This document shows, in pieces, positions 1 through 15,500 of a stretch of DNA of 64,000 nucleotides. The notes under the pieces were generated by a model that searched no databases, had not been told where the DNA came from, and was given only the letters and a program-made list of their open reading frames with translations. The stretch comes from Eledone cirrhosa (taxonomy: Eukaryota). The first letter of the stretch is position 1. Every line of letters begins with the position of its first letter. The stretch lies in the NCBI GenBank assembly GCA_964016885.1, contig OZ024758.1, positions 28,086,001-28,150,000 on the forward strand, read 5' to 3'. The translations under genes were made by a program, and so were the position numbers.

Positions 1-58
1 CCGGAGTTTCGATATAATAATAAACAAATAAGACAGTTATTTTAGTCCATCACTATTT

Positions 59-128
59 ATTTTATTATACATATTTCAAAGATGGCTTATGTATAACATC
101 AGCCAAACATGTTCTCTTCAGATAAAAT
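59..128 (-). ncRNA. Minimal type I hammerhead ribozyme motif (family H1)
   Basis: Minus strand: ATTTTAT-CTGAAGA-[stem II TGGCT..AGCCA]-GAAA-TATGTA-TA-ATAAAAT. Stem I is 7 bp. Confidence 0.6.
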
Positions 129-1084
129 CCAAAGGGGATGTAAATATCTTTTGATATGTAAGCGGTCAGATGAGTTATTCACTTCAGCGACCGGCCAGCA
201 CATGCCTGGAAAGACTTCAACGCAGTAGATATATATATATATATGTGTGTGTGTACGTGTGACAACAACAACAAACGGCAGCATCACGAACAAGGGCAAC
301 CAAGATGGTTTTTTTCAGTGACTGCAGGGACCCAGAAATAACTATATCTGCTATCACTTGTCAACAAAGATGTCAAAATTGTCCCAGACTAAGACATCAG
401 GCTGGTGTTTATCCCGGTGTCATGCTGTGAAACAACTGAGAGTACAAGATCCCTTCCCTTGAACAGGACACCAATCCATTGTAGGATTAAATCCCAGCTA
501 TTGCTGGTACTCATTTTCAGCTGAGTATACTGGAGCAACGTGAAATGAAGTGTCTTGCTCAAGAACACAACACACAACATTATGATTGTAAGTCCAACAC
601 CCTTACCACTAGGCCATGCACCACTGTGTATTAAGGTAAACTATTACATAATTTATTTCCCTGTTAACAGCAATTCAACAATAACATCTTATAACAACTT
701 TGATGAGTTGTGGTGCACCTGGGCACTGTACACAATATTTCATTATTGTTATTATTATTATATCATGACTCATACACTGTTCATTTTCCTGACATTTGTA
801 CATTATTCTATGTACTATACATGCACCTTTGATGAGTTGTAGTGCACCTGAGCACTGTTCACAATAATTTCATTATTATTATTATAATTGTTTCTACATT
901 TGACACAAGGCCAGCAATTACCCAGTACATTACTGGTACTTTATTTTATCGACCCCGTAAGGATGAAAAGTAAAGTTAGTTAACCTCGTTGGGATTTGAA
1001 CTCAGACCATAAAGGGCCGTAACTCTATGCTTCAAAGCATGGCGTCCGACCCTCTACCGATACTGCCAGTCCACCGCCTTAACA

Positions 1085-1935
1085 TCCTCAGTCGACATCA
1101 TCACCCCTTCCTTCCTCAGTGGAGGTTATCACCCCTTCCTTTCTCAGTCAACGTAATCACCCCTTCCTTCCTCAGTTGACGTCATCACCCCTTCCTTCCT
1201 CAGTCAAAGTAATCACCCCTTCCTTCCTCAGTTGACATCATCACCCCTTCCTTACTCAGTTGACGTCATCACCCCTTCCTTCCTCAGTCAACGTAATCAC
1301 CCCTTCCTTCCTCAGTCAACATCAGCACCCCTTCCTTCCTCAGTCGACGTAATCACCCCTCCCTTCCTCGGTCAATGTAATCACCCCTTCCTTCCTCGGT
1401 CAACCTAATCACCCCTTCCTTCCTCAGTTGACGTAATCACCCCTTCCTTCATAAGTCAACATAATCACCCCTTCCTTCCTCAGGCAATGTCATCACCCCT
1501 TCCTTCCTCAGTCAACATAATCACCCCTTCCTTCCTCGGTCAACGTAATCACCCCTTCCTTCCTCAGTCGACGTAATCATCCCTTCCTTCCTCAGTCAAC
1601 ATAATCACCCCTTCCTTCCTCAGTCAACGTAATCACCCCTTCCTTCCTCAGTCAACGTAATCACCCCTTCCTTCCTCAGTTGACGTAATCACCCCTTCCT
1701 TCCTCAGTCAACATAATCACCCCTTCCTTCCTCAGTCAACGTAATCACCCCTTCCTTCCTCAGTCGACGTAATCATCCCTTCCTTCCTCAGTCAACATAA
1801 TCACCCCTTCCTTCCTCAGTCAACGTAATCACCCCTTCCTTCCTCAGTCAACGTAATCATCCCTTCCTTCCTCAGGCAATGTCATCACCCCTTCCTTCCT
1901 CAGTCAACGTATTCACCCCTTCCTTCCTCAGTCAT
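1085..1935. repeat. 28-bp minisatellite CAGTCAACGTAATCACCCCTTCCTTCCT, ~30 copies
   Basis: Direct tandem periodicity of 28. Confidence 0.95.
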
Positions 1936-2015
1936 CTCTAGTGTGTGACAGACAAATACACAAGACTTTTTTATATTAGTCGATAATAAATTTTGAATAA
2001 ATGAAATTAACATAC

Positions 2016-2121
2016 CTGGATTATCAAATTCTGGAACAACGCGGATGCCTCGTAGACGAGCAAATTGAATGATTTCACTAATTACTTTATGGTTGTAAAC
2101 CATAGATGGATGGTAGGCACC
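2016..2121 (-). CDS. HEXB: Beta-hexosaminidase coding exon 6 (gene continues beyond the left edge)
   Basis: GAYHPSMVYNHKVISEIIQFARLRGIRVVPEFDNP(G), the GH20 RGIRVxPEFDxPGH motif. AG and GTATG borders, 106 nt. No further exon was recognised in 1-2015. Confidence 0.96.
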
Positions 2122-4004
2122 CTAATTGATATTAAAGGAAAGGTAAAAAATTATGTAGAATTAATAATAACAACAATAATAATAAAAATGTTTCTACTTT
2201 TGACACAAGGCCAGCAATTACCCCAGTACATTACTGGTACTTTATTTTATCGACCCCGTAAGGATGAAAGGCAAAGTTAACCTCGGCGGGATTTGAACTC
2301 AGACCGCAAAGGGACGTAACAATGCTGGAAAGCATGGCGTCCGACCCTCTACCGATACTGCCAATTCACCAATAATTGTTTCTACTTTTAGCACAAGGCC
2401 AGCAAATACCCAGTGCATTACTGGTACTTTATTTTATCGACCCCGTAAGGACACCAATAATGATAATAAAAAAGAAGAAATAGATTGACAAGCCCACAGA
2501 CCTCATTTGCTTAGCAAGTGGGGTGAAACTCATCAAATCAGACCAAGGAAGCAATGTTTCCATTGGTCTTTCCATTACTGATATTATCTGCTGGTCGCAA
2601 CTCCTGGCAGAACAAACAATGTGAAATAAAGAGTCTTGCTGAAGGATATAATGTATCGCCTGGTCCGAGAATTGAACTCACAACCTCACAATTGTGAATC
2701 CAATTCACTAACCACTCAGCCCTGCACCTTCACTTAATAATTGTTTCTACTTTAGGCACAAGGCCAGCAATTACCCAGTGCATTACTGGTACTTTATTCT
2801 ATCGACCCCGGAAGGATGAAAGGCAAAGTTAACCTCGGCGGGATTTGAACTCAGATCATGCAGGGAGGTAACTATGCTTCAAAGCATGGCATCCGACCCT
2901 ATACCGATACTGCCAATCCACCGCCTGTTATATAACAACTTAAGACAGTTGGTTTACAGAATCATTACTGCATCAGACAAATGCCTTTCAGTCAATGTTT
3001 CAGATCACAGTTCCAAGTTCAAATACCCACCATCCCTTTAACCCTTCACCATTTACATTATATATATTTTCACAGTAAAGGCTTTACCTTACAGAATTAT
3101 CTCACTATCAGATTTTGATATTATCTATTTTGAGAACTATACTTTAACATAAGTATGAGCAGCCAGTTATGGCTAGTTTGAATAGAAAGAGGTTAGAGAA
3201 TTCTGACCAGATTTGGCTTGTTTAAATGCTAAAGGGTTAATATGTAAGAAGGGATTAGGTAAGAATTTGATACTGTGTCCTAAGTACAGAAAATGGGTAA
3301 ACCAAATGTGGAATAGGACATCAAATGTACTTATCATCATCATCATCATCATTTAACATCCATTTTCCACGCTAGCATAGGTTAGATGGGTTGTTCCATT
3401 AGAGATAAGTTGGGACAGGTGACTATTTCTTGCTCATATAAGACAGTTTCTGGCTAGGTATCTACAGCTGGCTGCGTTTCCTAACGCCAACCACATTAAC
3501 AGTGTGGGCTGGGCGCTTTTTGTCGTGGCACCTACATGACCACTTTACAGTGTGGACTGGGTGCTTTTAGTTGAGACATTTACATGACCACTTTACAGTG
3601 TATGCTGGGCGCTTTTTGTTCTGGCACCTACATCATGACCACTTTACAGTGTGGGCTGGGTGCTTTTAGTTGAGACACCTACATGAATACTTTACAGTGT
3701 GGGCTGGGTGCAAAACTAATTAGAAAAAGAGATACCTATGAAATGACGTCAACAAACCAAACTAATTGTAGCTAATTTCTTCTGTTACCTAATTATGTGC
3801 CTACATTTAACTTGTAGCTAAAACAATATTTGTGGTTACAGAATGTGTTAAAGAGCTTTGATGACAATCAACAACTAAACTACCATTCGGTTATTAAACT
3901 AACTGACAGGGAAATTATAAAACTAAATTGAAGTGAAACTCAACAAGGCATGTCTGTTTTATTGACAGCACAACCCCCCCAAACTATAAACAATAGTTAC
4001 TTAC

Positions 4005-4106
4005 TTTCTCACTAAGTTCTGGGAAAACTTTGCTTTCATAAGGGAATGACTGATCATCAACCATGTGCCAGTGAAGGACATTCATCTTGTTCTGTGCCAT
4101 TCCTTC
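4005..4106 (-). CDS. HEXB: Beta-hexosaminidase coding exon 5
   Basis: [34 protein letters not shown], the GH20 NxxHWHxxDDQSFP motif. AG and GTAAGT borders, 102 nt. Confidence 0.97.
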
Positions 4107-4368
4107 CTGTTAACCAATAAATAATCTTTACAAATAACAACAAATAAATAACAAATAAGACAAAAATGTGAAAACAAATGAAATATACATTATGAAAGCA
4201 TCAGGTGTAGAAGAGTATGACAGTAGTAATAATTGTTTCTACTTTAGGCACAAGGCCAGCAATTACCCAGTACATTACTGGTACTTTATGTTATCGACCC
4301 CATAAGGAAAAGTCAACCTCGGCGGGATTTGAATTCAGACCATAAAGGGCTGTAACTCTTTGCTGCAA

Positions 4369-4790
4369 AGCATGGCGTGTCCGACCCTCTACCGATACTG
4401 CCAATCCACCACCCTAGCATGGCGTGTCCGACCCTGTACCGATACTGCCAATCCACCACCCTAGCATGGCGTGTCCGACCCTCTACCGATACTGCCAATC
4501 CACCACCCTAGCATGGCATGTCCGACCCTCTACCGATACTGCCAATCCACCACCCTAGCATGGCGTGTCCGACCCTCTACCGATACTGCCAATCCACCAC
4601 CCTAGCATGGCGTGTCCGACCCTCTACTGATACTGCCAATCCACCACCCTAGCATGGCATGTCCGACCCTCTACCGATACTGCCAATCCACCACCCTAGC
4701 ATGGCGTGTCCGACCCTCTACCGATACTGCCAATCCACCACCCTAGCATGGCGTGTCCGACCCTCTACCGATACTGCCAATCCACCACCA
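4369..4790. repeat. 47-bp tandem array of the SINE-A 5' head, ~9 copies
   Basis: Unit CTAGCATGGCGTGTCCGACCCTCTACCGATACTGCCAATCCACCACC, contiguous with the SINE body at 4231-4370. Confidence 0.93.
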
Positions 4791-5677
4791 GTAGTAATAA
4801 TGTAAAGAAATGAGAAACTGTCATATAACCACATGCTTCGAAGATACGAAAAGAAGAAGTAGTTATAGGACAATAGTAAATTGCTACTCTATTATAAAGA
4901 GAAAATATCTCAGTATACAGAACAGTTTCTCCAAACATAAAACATCTCGGTTCATGGAGAGTGTCTCGATTAAAGAACATGCAAGCCTGTAACAAAGGAT
5001 GTACAGCATTCTAAATAACTGTTTTTACTTTTTGGCACAAGGCCAGCAAATACCCAGTGCATTACTGGTACTTTATTTTATCGACCCGATAAGGATGAAA
5101 AGGCAAAGTTAACCTCGGTGGGATTCGAACTCAGAATGGCAAGGGCCGTAACTCTATGCGTCAAAGCATGGCGTCTGACCCTCCACCGATACTGTCCAGA
5201 CTTTTTAATTTACTTTTAAGTATCATACAAACTGCTAGGCTGCAGGCCATTGTTTAGGGGTTACATAAACAATATCATCAGAGACTATTTTTTTTTTTAC
5301 ATAAATATATATATCACCATCATCGTTTGATGTCTGTTTTTCAATGCTCACACATATACACACAAACACACACATAATATATGTTATATATATATATATA
5401 TAAATAGCTTAGAGTTTAGACTCAATGGGGTCATTTACAATCATTTCAGCTCTAAGAATCGCTTCTGAGCAGAATAAATTAATATTTGATGAACATTTAC
5501 ATGTTTTAGTTGCAATTGACTAATAAAAATCGCTAGAATGAAATATCTTAATTTAACAACATAAAGTTTGCCTTTAGATCGTACAGGCAAACTTTATGTT
5601 GTTGAATTAAGATATTTCATTCTAGCGATTTTATTAGTCAATTGCAACTAAAACATGTAAATGTTCATCAAATATTA

Positions 5678-5721
<44 letters not shown>

Positions 5722-6151
5722 CTTTTCTTTCGCACCCTTGGTCTGGCAGGTCGCTTTTTTTCTCTCTCTTGTCTACGATTTCACAGAACTTACGTTCTCC
5801 GAAATCACAGACTAGATCCCTTCTTCCTCCCGTTAGACCTGTACGGAATTCCTTCCTTGCTTACATTCCAACCAGGTTTGGTCATTATTCTCTCTCGTTC
5901 ACGATTTTACCGAATTTAAATTCATAGAAATTTGGGACTTGACTCCTTCTTCCTCACTTTTCGTTGCTTCACCATTTTTGTTTGTTTACACTCGTGTTCC
6001 CTTTATTTACGTGTCCCAACGACTTTTTTTAGCCGTTGCTCGCACCAACCGGAGGTATATGGTCTTTAAAGACCAATGATGGTTGGAAGATCACTGATGA
6101 AGGACTAACTTTATTCATATGTAACCCATTAGCAACCCCGCAGCACGTTTT

Positions 6152-6192
<41 letters not shown>

Positions 6193-6596
6193 CAAATGTG
6201 TGTGTGTGTGAAAAGTAAACCAAAGAAAACACAGTAAATGATACAGCACAATGAAGATATATATTAGTTAAATGCTTGATATAGGAGGAAAAGAGTCTTA
6301 ATGTTTCAGATGCTAGTCCTTCATCACAAGATAGAATGAGGAAAAGAAGACGAAATAGAAAGATATAGGAAACTGAGAAGAGGAAGAAATGGAAAAAAAA
6401 AAAAATGTTTAAAGAAAAAACACGTGTTCAGGCAGCCATTACACGAACACACACACACACACACGCACACACACTCAAGAAAGGATCATACAGAAGTAGA
6501 ATTAACAAAAACAGGTTATTTTTATATCAATCTTCCATACTATCAGCAAAAAAGAAATCTTGGTCAAAAGAAATATATTGTCAAAGCGAATCTTAC

Positions 6597-6707
6597 CAGC
6601 ACATCAAAAATAATATCCTTGTACAGGTAATGTCGGGAAGTGTCAATCATGACCCCTCGATGTGTAAAGCGAGGATAGTCACCAATAACAACATCTTTAA
6701 TATACAA
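6597..6707 (-). CDS. HEXB: Beta-hexosaminidase coding exon 4
   Basis: LYIKDVVIGDYPRFTHRGVMIDTSRHYLYKDIIFDVL, the GH20 PRF-HRG-DTSRH motif. TTCTTCAG and GTAAG borders, 111 nt. Confidence 0.97.
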
Positions 6708-8587
6708 CTGAAGAAAAATACAACATAGTTTACAAATGTGATATTATACAGTTTATCATAATTTTATTCACAGTTGTAAAATAACATTACAAATTGTTCA
6801 CAATTCTTTCCCAATGAAAATATAAATACATACAAACACATACAAACACATAATAGTTTCTACTTTAGGCACAAGGTCAGCAATTTCGGGGGAGGGGAAA
6901 GTCGATTAAGTCAACCCCAGTGCATTACTGGTGTTTATTTTATCGACTCCGTTAGGATGAAAGGCAAAGCTAACCTCGGCGGGATTTGAATTTGGATTGT
7001 AAAGTGGTGTAACCCTAGGCCACAAAGTATATTGTCTGATGCTCCACTGATACTGGCAATCTATCGAATATAATAAATACAATTAACTACTGCTAGGAAC
7101 CTCCCAAATATAATGCAACAAAATATACGATCAGAGCGAGGGAAAGGAAGGAAAAAAGGACGGGGGGAAACAAAAACAAAAACGACCATCAATTCACCAC
7201 CAAGTGCGACAATCAGCCGCATATCACAAGGATTAAGTGATAGTTAGCCTCACATTAAAATTATAAATTCAGTTACTTAAGAATTTACTGCTTTTACTGT
7301 GAAATTAAAGGTAAATAAAACTTTATAAATTCAGTTACTTAAGAATTTACTGCTTGTTACTGTGAAATTAAAGGTAAATAAAACTTAACTCAACAACTAC
7401 AACCAACACAGATCTCTTAAGAAGCTAATAAAAGAACCAATAGTCACTTGAACTGTTATTAATGTTACTTTATATTTACGAGAGTATTTTCACGGTAAAG
7501 GCTTTACCACACATAAATATCTCACATAACATTCACATTACTCTATATATATACTAATGTATTTTCACGGTAAAGGCTTTACCACACATAAATATCTCAC
7601 ACAATATCGAATCTATGAGATTTTGATTTTATTTATTTTGAGAACTATACCTTAATATCAGTATGAGCAGCTGGTTATGGCCGGTTTGAACAGCAAGAGG
7701 TGAGAGAGAATTCTGGCTGGATATTCTGGTCGGTTTAAATGCTAAAGGGTTAATCTAATCATATAACCACAGAATCACAACTGAATATGAAAGCTGCAAT
7801 GAGTGGAGGAAGTTAGTCACATTAGTTAATGTATTCCTAGATAAACTAAACATGAATAAAAAATCTTCAGTCATAGATCTGCTCCATCAAATGACATTAA
7901 TGACACCTTTCTTCCTTTTGATTGCTAGCCTCCTGCTCCCAATAAGGTCATCTTTATCTCTACATAACAACAATACTCTCTCGTGTAATAACATCTGCAT
8001 CCTTTAAAATCTCCATACTTCCTGAAATTCACCAACACTACACCTGATATTCCCCCTCCACACACACACACGTACACATGTATATCATGACTCATACACT
8101 GTTCACTTTCCTGACATTTGTACATTATTTTATACACCATGCACCTTTCATGGGTTGCAGTGCACCTGAGCACTGTACACAATAGTTTCATTATTATATA
8201 AGTACAATTAATCTACTGTACAATTAATCTATTTAGTCACAGCTGACTTGATATCTTATTTCTTTCAATCAGACCATGTGCTTTGTTATCTTGTATACTC
8301 AGTAGAACACCTGTGTTATTCATCTCTTAACAAAACCCTTTAGCCATCTCTAAAAGTAGATAAGAAAACAATAAATAGTTATTTAACTTGAGAGAGATAA
8401 AATCAAACATGGGTATCACTAAAACAACACAAGAGAAAACAAAGCAGTAAATAAGATGTAACTCAAACACTTAATTTTCCTGTAAAGATAATACTAAACA
8501 CAGCTTAGAAACAGAAATAGACTTGGTGGAGGAAGGAAAAAACAGGAAACTATTGAAAAACAAAATAATAAGTTCTTATATTTACTA

Positions 8588-10465
<1,878 letters not shown>

Positions 10466-11029
10466 CCAAGAGTTGAAGAAAGTTATTTATTAACTATTTG
10501 TTTTTTCAAAGTTATTCAGTATACTAATAAAGTGATTGAGAGAAAATGCACCAAATTGATTCTATACTTTAGTTTATTGATTTGAATAAAAAAAGTGAAG
10601 AAAAAATTGCTAGAAAAACAAAGCAGTAAAACAAAGTAAAGTCTAGAATGCAAGGCAAATGGTGGTAGTGAGGGAGTGTCTGAGTCAGTAATAATTAAAC
10701 CATAGCCAAGCCAACATGACATTCATATTTCTTTTCACTCTATTGAAAGACAAGATATAGAAATGTTAGACTTTCCATTCCTTAAGGCAATCAAATTTAT
10801 TGATATTCTACAAAATCTTCTCTGAATAAAGTAACTTTTTCTCTGTTACTGAATCAATGACCTACCTTAAAGACGCATATGAACCTCCAGGATCTGATGC
10901 CCCACCCCACTGCCCCAAGGTCTCTCAAGTGATTGCCATGGAGTTGGTCACCAATATAATCCAACTTCTGGCCCACAGACATTCTATCGTCTTCCCTTTC
11001 CTACTGCTACTACATTGGCATCTGCTTCT

Positions 11030-12105
11030 CAACCTAGCTTGTCTTCTGCCACAATCTATTTTATCTTCTACCAATTCTACCCAATCTATTTTATCTTCTA
11101 CCAATTCTACCCAATCTATTTTATCTTCTACCAATTCTACCCAATCTAGCTTGTCTTCAGCCAATTCTACCCAATCTAGCTTGTCTTCAGCCAATTCTAC
11201 CCAAACTAGCTTGTCTTCAGCCAATTCTACCCAAACTAGCTTGTCTTCAGCCAATTCTACCCAAACTAGCTTGTCTTCAGCCAATTCTACCCAAACTAGC
11301 TTGTCTTCTACCAATTCTACCCAATCTAGCTTGTCTTCAGCCAAGTCTACCCAATCTAGCTTGTCTTCTACCAATTCTACCCAATCTAGCTTTTCTACCA
11401 ATTCTACCCAATCTAGCTTTTCTACCAATTCTACCCAATCTAGCTTTTCTGCCAATTCTACTCAATCTAGCTTGTCTTCTGCCAATTCTACCCAATCTAG
11501 CTTGTCTTCTGCCAATTCTACCCAATCTAGCTTGTCTTCTGCCAATTCTACCCAATCTAGCTTGTCTTCAGCCAATTCTACCCAATCTAGCTTGTCTTCA
11601 GCCAATTCTACCCAATCTAGCTCGTCTTCAGCCAATTCTACCCAATCTAGCTCGTCTTCTGCCAATTCTACCCAATCTAGCTCGTCTTCAGCCAATTCTA
11701 CCCAATCTAGCTCGTCTTCTGCCAATTCTACCCAATCTAGCTCGTCTTCTGCCAATTCTACCCAATCTAGCTCGTCTTCTGCCAATTCTACCCAATCTAG
11801 CTCGTCTTCTGCCAATTCTACCCAATCTAGCTCGTCTTCTGCCAATTCTACCCAATCTAGCTCGTCTTCTGCCAATTCTACCCAATCTAGCTCGTCTTCT
11901 GCCAATTCTACCCAATCTAGCTTGTCTTCTGCCAATTCTACCCAATCTAGCTTGTCTTCTGCCAATTCTACCCAATCTTGCTTGTCTTCTGCCAATTCTA
12001 CTCAATCTAGCTTGTCTTCTGCCAATTCTACTCAATCTAGCTTGTCTTCTGCCAATTCTACTCAATCTAGCTTGTCTTCTGCCAATTCTACTCAATCTAG
12101 CTTGA
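11030..12105. repeat. 30-bp minisatellite CCAATTCTACCCAATCTAGCTTGTCTTCWG, ~35 copies
   Basis: Periodicity of 30 with some 27-bp variants. Intronic. Confidence 0.95.
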
Positions 12106-12459
12106 CCCACTTGTCACTCATACCTGTGTCTGCCCTCACCTCAGATTTCATAGTAAACATCATAACCAATCCTTTCCATGCTCAAAATGTCTGTCCTTAA
12201 TTCTATGCCTGTCTATGTTTTCCCTCACACAAAATGTCCATCCTTTGCAATTTTATCTCTGCCTATGTTTTTCCTGCAGTCATTCATATACAGTTGTTGA
12301 AGAATATTAATTGAATCAATCTCACCAATTTCGACCAAAAAATAAACAACAATCTCAAACAAATTTCAAAGTGAATGTGAACAAACAAAGCACTTTAAAT
12401 AAAGTTTAGCGGTAAATATAAAAATAAAATAAATTTAAAAATTCTCATTTGTAACTTAC

Positions 12460-12572
12460 ATCACCATCTGGACTTTTTACAATTAATTGACTAAGTGTCT
12501 CCAGGCCACGTAGGGCTCCCCATACTTGCTTGGCAGACAGATAGCAGCCAGATTCTTTAATAACCAAATCAT
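12460..12572 (-). CDS. HEXB: Beta-hexosaminidase coding exon 3
   Basis: Translates (Y)DLVIKESGCYLSAKQVWGALRGLETLSQLIVKSPDGD, matching the HEXA/B motif VWGALRGLETFSQL. AG and GTAAGT borders, 113 nt. Not in the ORF track. Confidence 0.95.
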
Positions 12573-15500
12573 CTAATAAAAAACGAAGTGAATGTCAATA
12601 AAATGCATATGTATTGCATTTAAATTAAACATTAGTAATTCAAACAGGTTTGTTGAAAAATAAAGCAAGACACGAATTTGTTTCATTAAGGTGTATCAGT
12701 CAACATGATGATTAGTGGCCTGCAACAGCTGTAAAGCACGAGTTAGGTAGGTTATGGCATTAATAAATACGTAAATCATTGACAACAGACTTAGGTTTCC
12801 TTAAAGACAAACAAATATTAAACAATTATTATTTACACAGCCAAGCCTGCTTCTATAAAATAAAGTACCAGTAATGCTGGTAATTGCTGGCCTTGTGCCA
12901 AAAGTAGAAACAATTATTAAACATTTATAGATGAAGGCATGGCTGTGTGGTTAAGGACTGATTAGCAATCACACAGTTTTGAGCCATTCTCTTCTGTTAT
13001 AGCCATGGGATGGGCTGACTAATGACTTGTGGCTTTCAGAGTGAATTTGGTAGACCTTTATAATGGTTTCTGATTTAGGTACAAGGCTAACAATTTTTTT
13101 TTGGGGGGGGGGGGGGGGGAGAAGTTGATTAAATCGACCCCAGTGTATTACTGGTACTTTATTTTATCGGCCCCCGTAAGGATGAAAGGCAAAGCTAACC
13201 ATGGTGGGATTTGAACTCAGAACGTAAAGCACCCTAACTATATGTCGCAAAGCATTTTGCCCAACACACTACCAATACTACCAATCCATTGCTCTCACCT
13301 TGAATATATATGTATCTGTGTGTTTGTCCGTTTAAAACACCATAACTATATGCCTCAAAGCACTTTATCCAATGCTCTACTGATCATGTGAATCCCCTGC
13401 CCTGATCTCCAATATATAATGAATGTATATGTGTCTGTGTATTTTTACATTTGACAGCAGTTGGCTGTTCAGTGAGTAGACATGTAATAGAACTATACCT
13501 TAACAGGTAAGGCAGGTGAGAGGGTGTTGAGAGGGTGTCCACCTGTAGAATTTTGCTTGATAAAATCTGATCCATCCCATATCAGCATAGAAATTCAAAT
13601 CATCATTTTACGTCCGCTTTTCCCTGCTTGCAAGGGTGGGACGGGAACTGATTCTGGCTTGATTTCTACAGCTGGATGCCCTTCCTAACACCAACCTCAT
13701 TTCCAGTGAGTGCTGGGTGCTTTTTTTCTGTGGCACCTCCACGACCACTTTGCAGTGGAATGATAGGGACCCCAGTCCAATCATCTCATTTCTACAGCTG
13801 AGTAAACTGGAGCAATGTGAAATAAAGTGTCTTGCTCAAGGAAACAACACATCACCCGGTCTGAGAATTGAACTCACAACCTTTCAATTGTAAGCCCAAT
13901 ACTCTAACCACTGAGCCATGTGCCTCCAAAAATGGATGTAAAACTCAGAAGGTTCATTTGGCCGGTGCTTATTCCACTTTCATGGCGTGAAGCAACAGAG
14001 AGTACAATACTCTCCCCTGGACAGGAAGCCAGTCCATCGCAGGGTTAAACCCCCAGCTGTTGCTGGTACTCATTTTCAGCTGAGTATACCTACGACATTG
14101 TGATCGCAAGTCCAACACCCTTACCACTAGGCCACATGCCTCCACATATATATATTTATATATGATATATATATGTGTGAGTCCTGGGTTCATTTAGGGG
14201 TAACCACAGTAAGTAAGGTACTTAATACATTAGTAGGGTGCATACAACAAATTTAATATAGAAATGGCTTCTACAGGACTAGAACTGTTTCATTCGAAGA
14301 AAATCATCAGGACTTTCCTGATGATTTCCTTTGAATGAAACAGTTCTAGTCCTGTAGAAGCCATTTCTATATTAAATGTGACATCATCATCTATATATTC
14401 ATTTCATTTTTTCATTTCATTTCATTTTTACGTCCACTTTTCCCTGCTTGCAAGGGTGGGACGGGAACTGATTTTGGCTTGATTTCTACAGCTGGATGCC
14501 CTTCCTAACACCAACCTCATTTACAGTGAGTGCTGGGTGCTTTTTTGCCGTGGCACCTCCACGACCACTTTGCAGTGGAATGATATGGACCCCAGTCCCT
14601 ATCATCTCATTTCTACAGCTGAGTAAACTGGAGCAATGTGAAATAAAGTGTCTTGCTCAAGGACACAACACATCACCCGGTCTGAGAATTGAACTCACAA
14701 CATTTCGATTCCAAGGCCAATACTCTAACCAATATGTCATGTGCCATATATATATAGTTGAAAATGAACAAACAAAACACAGGAGGCAATTGTACACAGT
14801 TATACTTGGTTCACACTTGGTGGAAGTGGAGACTATATTGAAAATTAAACCTCATTTGGTTATTCCATGAGAGTATCTTGATCAACCTACGAACCTTTGA
14901 GCCAACCCTCATATGTTAGGCCGCTAATGATGCTTTCTTATCAAGGTAACATTTATTTTCTCTGTTAACTGCTCAGAACATTTCTTATCAAATCTTGGTA
15001 GTAACATCAAAGAGAGAATCAAAACAAAGGAATTTAAAATATGGATGAATAAGATTAACAAATAAAACAAAACAGAAATGACCTCAGAACTGATTATGTA
15101 GTTATAAAAAAGAAAGTGTTGTGATAAAAAAATATTATTCAGTACCAGTAGAGTATCAGACACCATGCTTTGCAGCATAGAGTTACGGTCCTTTACAGTC
15201 TGAGTTCAAATCCCACCAAGGTTAGCTTTGCCTTTCATCCTTACAGGATCGATAAGATAAAGCACCAGTAATGTACTGGGATAATTGCTGGCCTTGTGCC
15301 AAAAGTAGAAACAATTATTAGAAGGTTCTTGTTGCTTAACCCAGGTTAGCTTTGATCAAGCAGACCTATGCATAAAGGCAAAACTGTGACCATATCTTTT
15401 GTTTTAGAAACTATAATATAAGGATTTACACATTTTTAATATAAATTTTTATATTTCTTCTTCAGAGTCATAATCCTCTTATAGATACCAAGAGTGTGTG

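Noticed and set aside
1085-1935. CRISPR-like appearance of the tandem arrays (also 4369, 52635, 62977)
   Set aside because: Units are contiguous with no unique spacers, there are no cas genes, and the context is eukaryotic.
4765-4995. Possible extra hexosaminidase exon
   Set aside because: No GH20 similarity, and exons 4 and 5 already join in frame without a gap.
10857-12200. 447-aa Ser/Thr/Asn-rich (mucin-like) ORF and its antisense ORFs
   Set aside because: Product of a 30-bp minisatellite in an intron. Open in several frames on both strands, with no supporting gene structure.
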